Shown here: positions 13,444 to 24,743 of the stretch, in pieces
How positions within the stretch are numbered: the first letter of the stretch is position 1
How the letters are laid out: every line of letters begins with the position of its first letter
Source of the DNA: Octopus sinensis
Lineage: Eukaryota
Reading direction: 5' to 3'
NCBI RefSeq assembly: GCF_006345805.1
Contig: NC_043006.1
Coordinates: 31,806,001-31,870,000, forward strand
DNA length: 64,000 bases
The notes under the pieces: generated by a model
Seen by the model: the letters and a program-made list of their open reading frames with translations, nothing else
What the model was told of the DNA's origin: nothing
Databases searched by the model: none
Translations under genes and position numbers: made by a program

Positions 13444-13650
13444 CAGTAGTTTTATTTTTATAGCGTGCTTTCACTTCACTACCGAGCGCAGCTCTGTGTG
13501 CCTTGGGTATGTGCTGTGATTTGTTGTGATGCTCTGATGGTTACTGTATTGAAAGTGTTTTGCGTAGGATGTGTGCAGTGCCTAGTAGTGCAATTTTCTG
13601 TATGTTGTATGTGTTTGTAAGTTCTGGTGTTTTTGTTATGTATTTGTCTT
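13444..13650 (-). mobile_element. RLE LINE, short 5'-truncated copy
   Basis: Near-duplicate of 13666-13870; flanked by (ATT)n on both sides. Confidence 0.9.
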
Positions 13651-13665
13651 ATTATTATTATTATT

Positions 13666-14365
13666 CAGTAGTTTTATTTTTATAGCGTGCTTTCACTTCA
13701 CTACCGAGCGCAGCTCTGTGTGCCTTGGGTATGTGCTGTGATTTGTTGTGATGCTCTGATGGTTATTGTATGGAAAGTGTTCTGCGTAGGATGTGTGCAG
13801 TGCCTAGTAGTGCAATTTTCTGTATGTTATATGTGTTTGTAAGTCCTGGTGTTTTTGTTATGTATTTGTCTGAATATTTTTTTATCATGCCTAATGCACC
13901 TACTATGATAGGAGTTGTTTCTGTTTTCAGATTCCACATTCTAGTTACCTCTATTTCCAGGTCTTTGTATTTTGAGAGTTTCTCCATTTCTTTTAGAGAC
14001 ACGTTGTCATCTGCCGGCATTGATACATCAATTAGAAAGCATATATCTGGTCTGTTGGCCTTAATTTCTCTATCTGTGTGTATCGGCATATCCCAGAGTA
14101 TGGTTGCTTTCTCGTTTTCTGTGACCTTTTCTGGTGTGTGCCTATACCATCTTTTTTCTGTTGTTATTCCATAATGTTGGCATAGCTTCCAATGTATGTA
14201 GGTTCCAACTCTGTCATGTCTGTGAATATATTCCTTCTTAGCAAGGAATATATTCCTTCTGGGCAGCTAGAGATAATATGATTTATTGTTTCTTGTCCAT
14301 CTCCACATATTCTGCAGTTACTTGTAATATTTCTTTTCATTACATGTTTTTGGTAATTTCTGGTG
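13666..14365 (-). mobile_element. RLE (R4/Dong-like) LINE 3' portion
   Basis: CRICGDGQETIN zinc-knuckle start, RHDRVG, then MPIHTDREIKANRPDICFLIDVS..KLSKYKDLE..KIALLGTAHILRRTLSIQ*. Confidence 0.93.
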
Positions 14366-14389
14366 GCCCCCCCAAAAACATGTAAACAT

Positions 14390-14430
<41 letters not shown>

Positions 14431-14463
14431 TTATTATTATTATTATTGTTGTTGTTGTTGTTG

Positions 14464-14497
<34 letters not shown>

Positions 14498-14779
14498 CAT
14501 TATTTATTATAATTTTAATTTTGTTCCTATTTCTTGCCGTGTGTATTCCCGACACCTAGGGCAAAGAAACTCAATGTATACATTGGTAAGTCATTAAAAT
14601 AGACACACCAGATTGTTCATATACAAAGTCAAGTTATGTGGTAGGAAAAAAAAACGGAAGAAAGAAAGAAAAAGAAAAAAAGAAAATAGGAAACTAGAAA
14701 AAAGATAGAAAAAATAAAAAGCGAAACAAAGAAAAGAAAGGACAAAAAAGGAAAGAAAATTTACATCGCTGATGCTCTC

Positions 14780-15400
14780 TTCTCAATATGTTTGATTTAC
14801 CAGTTAAGACAATCTTTTGCACTTCCTGCATGGATGGTAAGCCAGGGATCATTCTCAAATAATTTTCAGTTCTTTTTTTTTATCATTCCAAGTGTTCCTA
14901 CAATCACTGGTATTGTAACTGTCTTGAGATGCCACATCTTTTCAATTTCAATCAGCAATTCTTTATATTTTCTGAGCTTATCAAATTATTTTATCAAGAT
15001 ATTGTTGGTCACAGGGTACGCTCAGGTAAGTCAATAAACAGACTTTATTGTTTTCGTCTTTAACAACAAAATCCGGTTTAATGGCTTTGCTGATCCGGTC
15101 CGTATGTACTGGAAAGTCCCAAAGAATCGTTGCACTTTCTCTATCAGTTACAGCCACAGGGTGGCGCTTGTACTATTTGTCAGCAGTTTTGATTTTATAA
15201 TACCGATATATTAACCAGTGTAGATATTGGCCAACTCTGTCATGGTTTGATTTACATCCAGAAATTAGGTGGTCCACTGTTTCAATCTCATCGTTGCAGT
15301 ATCGGTACTTGGGGTCTACTCCAATTTTTCATCACATTGACTTGGTAGTTCCTGGTCAATAAGCTCTGATCTTGAGCAGCTAAGGTGAAGTTGTTGTAGT
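14780..15400 (-). mobile_element. RLE LINE 3' fragment (second subfamily)
   Basis: FTLAAQDQSLLTRNYQ, ETVDHLISGC, HDRVGQYLHW, ILWDFPVHTDR and KYKELLIEIEKMWHLKTVTIPVIVGTLG across frameshifts. Confidence 0.85.
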
Positions 15401-15734
15401 TGTTGTCAAATGGGCATTAATTATAAAGTGCATGTGATTTACTCTGTCCACCCCACAGTTTCGGCTTGTTTTGCTCAAGCACCTGGTCCCTTTGGATTGA
15501 GAAATCCCTCAGGACTTTGCTAATCTCCGACTCCGTTACTCTCTGTGATTTGTGTTCGTGCGACATCTTGCATCTCCCTACTCATCCACTACACTTTTCA
15601 CACAGTTTCCAATGAAACACTTTTGCTCCCTCATCATATCGACACAGCTTTTAGGTTTGGGGGCAAGACGACGACATTCATTTACACTATAAACAAGGGT
15701 TTCATCATATCTATTACAAAATCGGCACAATGAA

Positions 15735-17150
15735 GAAACTTGCTCATTCCTAAGGTTGATCCTTCAATTTGTGGTTAAAGCTTGGTCTTGCATTGCAGCT
15801 GTAGTGCTCTCAGTCTCCTTCTTAGGTGCTTCTTTCTTTAACCAATCCTATGTTTTCTAGCAGCTTCGGTTGTGGCTACATTGAATTGATTATGTTGTCC
15901 CTTGTTTCGTAGTGCTGCTTCATGTCCTTCCTGTATTTCTTGTTTGTTTGGTTTTTTTTTTTTGGTTCTTTTTCTCCCTGGTTTCATCTCTAACTGACAC
16001 TAGCAAGGTTTCCTTACTTTAGGATAGGTATCTTAGTAAGCTCCCAAGTTTGATATGTGCGCAGTCTTCCACACTTATCAGTCCTTCCTTTCATTTGTTC
16101 GATGCGTGCACGAGTTCCAGGCATTGTTAGGCGCTTTCTTGTCGTTCTGTCCAATTCCTTTAGCTCATCTTTTGTCCACTTCAGAATTCCAGCGCTGTAC
16201 TGAACCACTGTGACTACACGCAAGCTTATTGTCGAAATTATGTTTCTAGTATTCAACTCTGAATTCAATATTTTTTTCAGTAACCGCAGATACTCTTCCG
16301 TTGTCTTCTCTTTCATACTATCATGCTTCATTCCATCTGCCTCAAGTATTCCCAGGTATTTATATCAGGATTCAGCTTCACTTGTCTTCATTTCCCTTGG
16401 CATGCATACACCTTGTTCTGACAAACTTTCCTCGTCCTATCGCCATCACAGCACATTTTGAAAGTCTAAACGCCATATTGATCCCAGTTGTACCTCACGT
16501 TTTGTGAACAACTTCAAATCATCCATGAATAGCAGGTGATTGAGCTTTCCTTTACCACTTCCCAGATCATACCCCAACTTCGTTTTCTACAGTATTTCAC
16601 TCAAGCGGGATCAATTCCAACATGAAGATTAAGATACACTTTTCCCCTGGAAGATTCCTCTCCTAATTTTCACTTCTCCTAATATCTGATTCCTTGTCGT
16701 CAATTCAGTTCTCCAAAATTTCATACTGTTCAATGTAAGGCTTCTCATGTTTCCTGCTGCTCCATACATTTCCATATTTCTTCTTAAGCAAGAATGTGGT
16801 ATCATATCACATGCCTAACGATAATCAACCCAGACCACGCTCAGAGTTGTGTGTTTTATTTTGCAATTTCTGATGATTAGCTTATCAATTAATAGTTGGT
16901 CTTTCGTCCTCCGGCCCCTCTTTCGGCACAATCTTTGTTCAATCGGTTACAGCCCCTGACAGTAGTTTCCACATTAGCAGAAGACACATTATTGGTCGAA
17001 AGTAGGATGCAATGTTCGTCTTTCCAAGATCCTTGCCACATAACAGTGTCTTGCTCTTTGTCATCCAGTTGGGTATCGAGTCTTCCCGAAAGCACTTACC
17101 CAGCTCTTCTGCTATCCTTTCATGCATCTCTGCCAATGTGATTCTTTATG
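15735..17150 (-). mobile_element. RLE LINE reverse-transcriptase region, degraded
   Basis: FRPIMCLLLMWKLLSG, IRRGIFQG, GKLNHLLFMDDLKLF and EEYLRLLKKILNSELN..QYSAGILKWTKDELKELDRTTRK; many stops. Confidence 0.9.
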
Positions 17151-17365
17151 TACTGCTTGTTCTCTTCCTTTGTATCCAGCTCTCTCCGCGACAACATTTG
17201 CTGCAACCCTGATAATCCTTTTAGTTTTAGTTATATTTCCTATCTTAAGTAGTCCAAGGACATAATTTTTTTTTTTTTTTTCGTTTTCTGTTTTTAGCTT
17301 ACGCCTATCAACATATCTCAGATTGGGAAGTAATTGGTTCTGACATTCTCTAATATATCAATTAT

Positions 17366-17681
17366 GGCACTCCGTCGGTTACGTCGACGAGGATTCCAGT
17401 TGATCCGATCAATGGGGAGCCTGCTCGTGAAATTTACATGACCGAGTAATCCATAGACACGTGTACCCTTAATATAGTTCTAAGGGAAATTCACCATGAC
17501 ACTGAATGTGATAAGGCTGACACTTTGAAATATAGGTACAACTCATTTTTGCCAGCTGAATGGATTAGAGCAACGTGAAGTAAAGCGTTTTGCTCAAGGA
17601 CACAATGCGTCACCGGGAATTGAACTCACTACGTTACGATCGTGAGCCGAATACCCTAACCACTAAGCCACGCGCCTTCAC
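17366..17681 (-). mobile_element. SINE family A
   Basis: Reverse complement gtgaaggcgcgtggcttagtggttagggtattcggctcacgatcgtaacg..gagttcaattcc. Confidence 0.85.
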
Positions 17682-17952
17682 AATATATCGAATACTACTG
17701 GGCCTTTGAGGGAGTGTGTCCCATCGTGGATGCAAAAACGAAAGGCATGAGACTCATGGAGCAGAGTAAAGAAGCCTAGTCGCTACTCACGTGAAAGCAA
17801 AGATCATCTGAGGGGTGTGATGAATTTTACTCTGAGAAACTAAAGAGAAAAATAAAGAATGCGGCAAAGAGTAAGAGTGGTAGCAACAAAAGCAGCCAAC
17901 TTCAGCAGACTCCAGTTTCCAGTACTTCACGAGTCATCATTTTGGAATTCAC

Positions 17953-17983
<31 letters not shown>

Positions 17984-18198
17984 TGTATGTATGTATGTAT
18001 GTATGTATGTATGCATGTATGTATGTATGCATGTATGTATGTATGTATGTACAATCAGCACACGTATTGATACTAGCAGCCAATATTCTTTCAAACACAC
18101 CTTCCTCGCCAAGAAACATGTTCTAAGATCACAATTGAAACCATCTGGTTCATAATCAGTCTAAAGATCCATATAACTTATAGCAATGGACTGGGCCA

Positions 18199-18438
18199 CT
18201 GACTCAGCCTCCTGTACACATACATACACACATACATATATACATACATACATACACACATACATACATACATACATACATACATACATACATACATACA
18301 TGCATACATAATACATGCATACATACATACATGCAAATATACATACAAACATACATACAAACATACATACATACATACATACATACATACATGCATGCAT
18401 ACATACATGTGTGTGTCTGACTCAGCCTCCTGTACACA
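18199..18438. repeat. Local duplication of a 22-bp unique segment plus (TACA)n
   Basis: ctgactcagcctcctgtacaca occurs at 18199 and 18417. Confidence 0.85.
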
Positions 18439-18714
18439 TACATACATACATACATAGATACATACATACATACATACATACATACATACAATATATGCAT
18501 ACATACATATATACATACATACATACATACATACATACATACATACATACATACATGCATGCATGCATACATACATACATACATATACATACATATATAC
18601 ATTATATACATACATACATACATACATATATACATACATACATACGTACGTACGTACATACATACATACATACGTACATACATACATACATACATACATA
18701 CATACATACATACA

Positions 18715-18745
<31 letters not shown>

Positions 18746-18813
18746 TTAAAAGAAGAAAGAAAAACAGAGATAAGGAAGTTAATTTTTATTATTAACAAAT
18801 TGTTCATCTTCGC

Positions 18814-18909
18814 TTCTTACGGCCGTTTCAATTAATACTCAATAATTTAATTACAAATTTATACATTAAATTTGCATTTATGTGACATGAGCATAATTTC
18901 ATCAGAGAA
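18814..18909 (-). ncRNA. Type I hammerhead ribozyme candidate, canonical core, long stem II
   Basis: ttct-CTGATGA-AATTA-tgctca..(hairpin)..tgagta-t-TAATT-GAAAC-ggcc-GTA-agaa. Confidence 0.8.
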
Positions 18910-19156
18910 AATAAAAGATGTACCGTGGGATGTTATATGTGGACCTGTCGATTCATTTCAGCAGACTCATATGTTTCATATATATCTATTGTTTTAAAGG
19001 AATTTTATTCCCCTAAAATACTAGGTATTGAACCAGTATTTCCTTGGATGCAACTATCTCTTCAGGAGCTTAACATATTTTCTAATTAAATTTACATATG
19101 CATATATATTCAGATACATACATATATATTCATATACATACATATACATACATATA

Positions 19157-19241
<85 letters not shown>

Positions 19242-19950
19242 CGAGAGCTTTAAACCATCCTTTATGTCTATTATACACTGATGTAAGAATAGGTCGTTTA
19301 TAAAGCTTGAAACACGTGTACCGCGACATCCTTTGTGTTCTGTTTTTTATTTTATTTGATATATATATATATATATATAATAGAAATAGGTTTCAAAGAG
19401 AAAAGAGACTACACGTGGTATAAATATGGGAAAAGTAAAAAGAAAAAAGAGAAAATACACATTAGATATTAAAAAAATAAAAGCTTTTTTTTAATGAAAA
19501 GAAACAATAAATATATACAAATAGATGAACTGAGGCAGAATTAAGAGGTATAAAAGTCATTATTTTGAATTGTTAAAGAGATTCAAATCTATACCAGTAT
19601 CGTAAGAGAGGGAGAGAGTGAATAAGAGAGAGAGTATAAAAGAGATAAATTATCTTAGCGGATACCGTATTATCTCACAAATTGGTATTTGAAAATTAAC
19701 GCCTTCAACTGAATACCAACGTAGGAAGATTGTTTGAATTAGTTCATTGGACCCTTAATAAAATTGCAGCAACTAGGTTGCATACTAGCATACAGAGCAA
19801 TATGCAGTTGCTGCAGTAGAAACATATGGAGGTTAGTGTTAGATATGCTGTTGAAATCTTTTTAGTAAAAAAGTTTTGGATGTGAATAAATCTCCACTCT
19901 TCTCTTAGTGATCGCTTATATATAATTATGCACATATATATATATATATA

Positions 19951-20642
19951 TCTATATATAAACGGCAGTTTGTCTGTCTGTGTGTCTGTGTGTCTGTCAG
20001 GTTGTACCCTCACCCTGACCACGGCTTTCAACCGATTCTGATGAAACTTGACACACACATAGCCCAATGTCATAATTCAAAACTAACGCAGCGAAAGTTT
20101 CGAAAAGTTCCCCCAGTTCTGAAAAAAATTGATAAATTCGACATGGAGTCGAGAATCTAAGCTTTTTATATGCAAAAAAGCGGGCAGCAATGTGAGTGAC
20201 AACAACGAAAAAGTCAAAAGTGACCAAACTGAACAAACGAATGGAAAAGGATTTTTGGTGCACACGACAAAAGCGGTTTATAATAAACCAAGAGTTTGCA
20301 AGTAGCGTCCGAGGACCCTTAGGGTACGTCAAAAATTTAAGGTTTGGGGTGGTAGTTATAAAGAAAGTTTAAACAAAAAAAGTATTCGAATAACTTGCGG
20401 CTGCAGCAGCTATTAGCAGAAGTGACGGTGTTGGGGGTAAAGTCTCGAATGTAATTTCTTCCTGGTAGGAATTGGTTGGGTTGAATTATCGATAGCTGTT
20501 TGATAGTTATTTGGGAGTGAAGAGAAGACATTGCAACCTACACATGCGCCTTCGTTCCCTAGAGGGAAAGGACTAGATTGGGATTAGTCGTTGCCTACTA
20601 GGGGCTCTTACATACCCGGGCAACGCCGGGCTATGCTGCTAG
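19951..20642 (+). mobile_element. Non-autonomous Helitron
   Basis: 5' TC (a|tctatatataaacggcag), 3' hairpin cccgggcaacgccggg and terminal CTAG|t; inserted between A and T. Confidence 0.85.
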
Positions 20643-20726
<84 letters not shown>

Positions 20727-20729
20727 ATA

Positions 20730-21115
20730 GGCGCAGGAGTGCCTGTGTGGTAAGTAACTTGCTTACCAACCACATGGCTCCTGGTTCAGTCCCACAGCGT
20801 GGCACCATGGGCAAGCGTCTTCTGCTATAGCCTCGGGCCGACCAAAGCCTTGTGAGTGGATTTGGTAGACGGAAACTGAAAAGAAGCCCGTCCTATATAT
20901 GTATATATATATATGTGTGGGGGGGGGTTTGTCACCCCAACATCGCTTGACAACCGATGCTGGTGTGTTTACGTCTCTGTAACTTAGCGGTTCGGCAAAA
21001 AGAGACCGATAGAATAAGTACAAGGCTTACAAAGAATAAGACCTGGGGTCGATTTGCTCGACTAAAAAGCGGTGCTCCAGCATTGCCACAGTCAAATGAC
21101 TGAAGCAAGTAAAAG
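20730..21115 (+). mobile_element. SINE family C, full length
   Basis: ggcgcaggagtgcctgtgtggtaag head, ggttcagtccc B-box, microsatellite centre, ggtgctccagcattgccacagtcaaatgactgaagcaagtaaaag tail. Confidence 0.9.
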
Positions 21116-21915
21116 TATATATATATATATTATATATATATATATATACACGCAGATATGTATGTATGTGGTACATGCACCCATACACAATTACCTGCAT
21201 ACACATATAGTTACATGAGAAGCACACACATACATGAATATATGCATACGTGCATACACACACGATAGAAAGAAACGCGTGAGGTAAACATACACACGTC
21301 CTTGTGTGTTTCTACTAGTTCATGTGCATGGGTTTCATAGTGATTGTAAATATATACTTGTAAATACATACACACATTTCAACACACGTACACAGACACA
21401 TGCACAGACACATGCGCATACACACATGCGCGCGCGCAGACATGGATATGTGCACGCATATATGCATTTGTGTGTGTTGTGTGTGTGTGTGTGTGGTTGT
21501 ACCTGCGAAAGTACAATCGTATGTCTATATTTACGATGTGGGAGAGTAAGAGTAAGAGATTAACGCCCAAGAACCTAAATGCGACAATAAACTTATGTGA
21601 CTGTGCGCACACACCCATAAACACACACACACACACGCATACACACACACATAACACACACACACAAACACACACTCAAACATATGTGTATACAAACTTT
21701 TGTGTGTATTTAATATATATATATACATGAATATACATATATACATATATATATACATGAATATACATATATACATATATATATTTATGTATATACATGT
21801 ATATATATATACATATATGTATGAATATACATAGATATAAATATATATATGTATATATGTGTGTGTGTGTACGTATATACATATATGTATGTATATGTAT
21901 ATATATTATATGTAT

Positions 21916-21956
<41 letters not shown>

Positions 21957-22028
21957 CTCGAATTAATATATATATATATATTATATATATATTATATATA
22001 TATATATGTATGTATGTATGTATATATA

Positions 22029-22064
<36 letters not shown>

Positions 22065-22282
22065 TGTATGTATGTATGTATGTATCGCAAACAAGGCGTT
22101 CGTAACGGTTGAGTGAAAGCTCAGTTCTGTATCTGTAAAAAGTTAACGGATTTTATAACGGGATCTGCTGTACCCCATCACTTTTCTTCCTCCAAATGTG
22201 GAGAATAACAATATATTACTATTGACGTGTTACATGTATGTTTATACATCTACAGTTACACACATACACACATATGTGTGCA

Positions 22283-22339
<57 letters not shown>

Positions 22340-23047
22340 ATATGTGAATATATATAGACATACATACATACATACATACACACATACATACAATACACAC
22401 ACACACATACATACATACATACATACATACATACATACATACATACATACATACATACATACATACATACATACATACATACATCGTTGTTGATGTCCTC
22501 ATATCCTTTGCGTTTTTTCGTTCGTTCTTTCAATGGATTCCGATGGGAAACCGGACGCGCTTCTGTTGAAACGTTTACACGGTGAAGATCTGGTTTCTAA
22601 TGTTTACCACTTGCTGTCGGCGATGTTCGTTGAGGATTGAAGAACTCACTCAGTGGTTTTTTTGCTACGGTACTGGAGGTCTCATGTGACGCATTGAGAA
22701 TAGGTTTAGGCTTCGGTCATTGGTCGGTGCTTACTGCCCCACCATTTAACAGCTGACTCTTCGTGAAAAAGCAACAACGTTGAGAGCCCGATACTAACTG
22801 ATGTGCTGTGACCGAAACGGGGATGGGGTGACGAGGATCGCGATGATATGGTTGCAGATGACGACGGAGATGGCAACGAAGATGGCAACGAGGACGAGGA
22901 CGAGGACGACGACGATGATAATAAGGAGGAAGAGGAGGAGGAGTAAGAGGACGGCGACGACGACGACAACGATAATGATAACAACGAAGATGGCAACGAT
23001 GACGACGACGATGATGATGAAGATGACAATGCTGATAGTGATAAGCT

Positions 23048-23226
23048 TGCTTTCAAACTATGGTACAGGGACAACAAGTCTAAGAGTGGGGATAAATCAA
23101 CCCCAGTATTCAGTTGGTACTTATGTAATGAACCTGGAAAGGATGAAAGGCAAAGTCAGCCACGGTAAAGATGGACGAAATGCCGCTAAGTATTTTGTCC
23201 GGCGTGCTAACCATTCTGCTATCGAG
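23048..23226 (-). mobile_element. SINE family B lacking its B-box, directly downstream of a 5S-derived copy
   Basis: agcagaatggttagcacgccggac head; the ~20-nt gttctgagttcaaattccg segment present in other copies (e.g. 30560-30600) is absent; ctttgcctttcatcctt centre retained. Confidence 0.75.
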
Positions 23227-23229
23227 CTA

Positions 23230-23340
23230 CTTACAGGGCTTAGGTTCCCCAAGCAGTCACCCATCTAAGTACTAACAAGGCTCGACTTTGCTTAACTTCG
23301 TTGATCAGACGAAAACCAGTGCTTTCAGCGGGAAATGGCC
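23230..23340 (-). pseudogene. 5S rRNA-derived pseudogene/copy
   Basis: Reverse complement ggccatttcccgctgaaagcactggttttcgtctgatcaacgaagttaagcaaagtcgagccttgttagtacttagatgggtgactgcttggggaacctaagccctgtaag aligns by eye with metazoan 5S along its length; the first ~6 nt are missing. Confidence 0.9.
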
Positions 23341-23487
23341 AATAAATAATAAGACGGAGAAATGGCTGAATGGTGAGAGTATCGGATAGAATGTCTTGTA
23401 GTGTTCGGTTCTGGTTCTTTGAGTTCTGGATTACAATCTCTCCGAAGTCAGCTTTAAATTCTTTCGGGTCGAGAAACATCCATCCGT

Positions 23488-24296
23488 CAAGTGTAGTGAA
23501 TTGACTGAATTAGCAGAGCATTTTTCATGGCGACTTGTAGAATTTGTCCTGGTTTTTTCCTTTTTTTTTCAAAAAAGTGAATGTAGAAAAATATGAATCT
23601 TCCTTTACTCGATTAATTCTAGCAAAAGAAGCATCTCAGAGTGTTTGGATTTCAATCTGAGGACAGTGCAGAAGATTCGGAAAGAGTTGAATGAGTCTGG
23701 TGATTACGAAGGTGTTTGGAGCGATCACTAGTGATAGCGAGGTTATGGTTTCATTCATCTTCTCACATGGCCACAGACTCAACACAGAGGCCCAGATCAA
23801 GTGCCTGGAGGAGGTAGTACTGCCCTGAGTCAAGAGGCTGGCTGCTGGAAGACCCTATGTCTCGTAACATGACCCTATACCATGCCACACAAGCAGGAGA
23901 AAACAGTTATGGCTCTCAGGCAATTTCTCCAACCACATCACCCCTAACATTTGGCCACCTAACTCCTCATACTACAACCTTCTTGATTATTATGTGTGGG
24001 GCGCAGTTGAGTGACAGATCAACAAAATTCCTTGTAACACCAAAGATGAACTGAAAGTAAGGATTCTGACAGCATTTACCAACTTAAACAAGGAGATCAT
24101 CCACAAGAATTGCAGGAGATTCTGAAGTCGTCTGGAGGCTGTGGATAAAGCCAATGGCGATTTTATTGAATAAATTTACTCTTTAGTGTTTAAAAGTATT
24201 TTTATGTAATTTTGGTAAATACATCTTTTAAAATGGGATGTCAGTGCTATTTTTATTTTTTCATAATCTAGACGACAATTTATTCACTGCACCTTG
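23488..24296 (+). mobile_element. Tc1/mariner-superfamily (maT-like) transposon, internally deleted
   Basis: VFGAITSD..CLEEVVLP..GRPYV..WPPNS..LDYYVWGAVE..RLEAV; degenerate TIRs caagtgtagtgaat / attcactgcaccttg followed by TA. Confidence 0.82.
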
Positions 24297-24743
24297 TATT
24301 TACAACGGGCTTCTTTTAGTTTCTGTCTACAGTTTGGCCTAGGGCTATAGCAGAAGGCCCTTGCCCAACCCATGCGATTGGGTGGAAAACTTCCTACCAA
24401 ACATCCACGGATGACATGTGCAGTCAATAAAATAAATACCAGTTGAGTACGGGGGTCGATGTAATCGACTTAACCCCTGTGCAGAAACTACTGACCATGT
24501 GCCAAAATTTGAAACCATTATGATAACCAACAAAGGCAGCGAGCTGGCAGAATCGTTAGCACGCCTGACACGATGCTTAGCGGTCAAAAAGTGACCCTCA
24601 CCCAAAGTCTGGAGTGATCCCCTCCCAAAGTCTAAAGTCATTATTTATTATTACTAAGGCAGTGAGCAGGCAGAATCGACAGCGCTTCGGACGCAGTGTA
24701 TAACGACATTTAGGACTGGAACTTATTTTATCAACCCCCAGAG

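Noticed and set aside
22500-22700. Higher-complexity unique stretch that could be an exon
   Set aside because: All minus-strand frames have stops, and the apparent donor is just the (GTAT)n edge.
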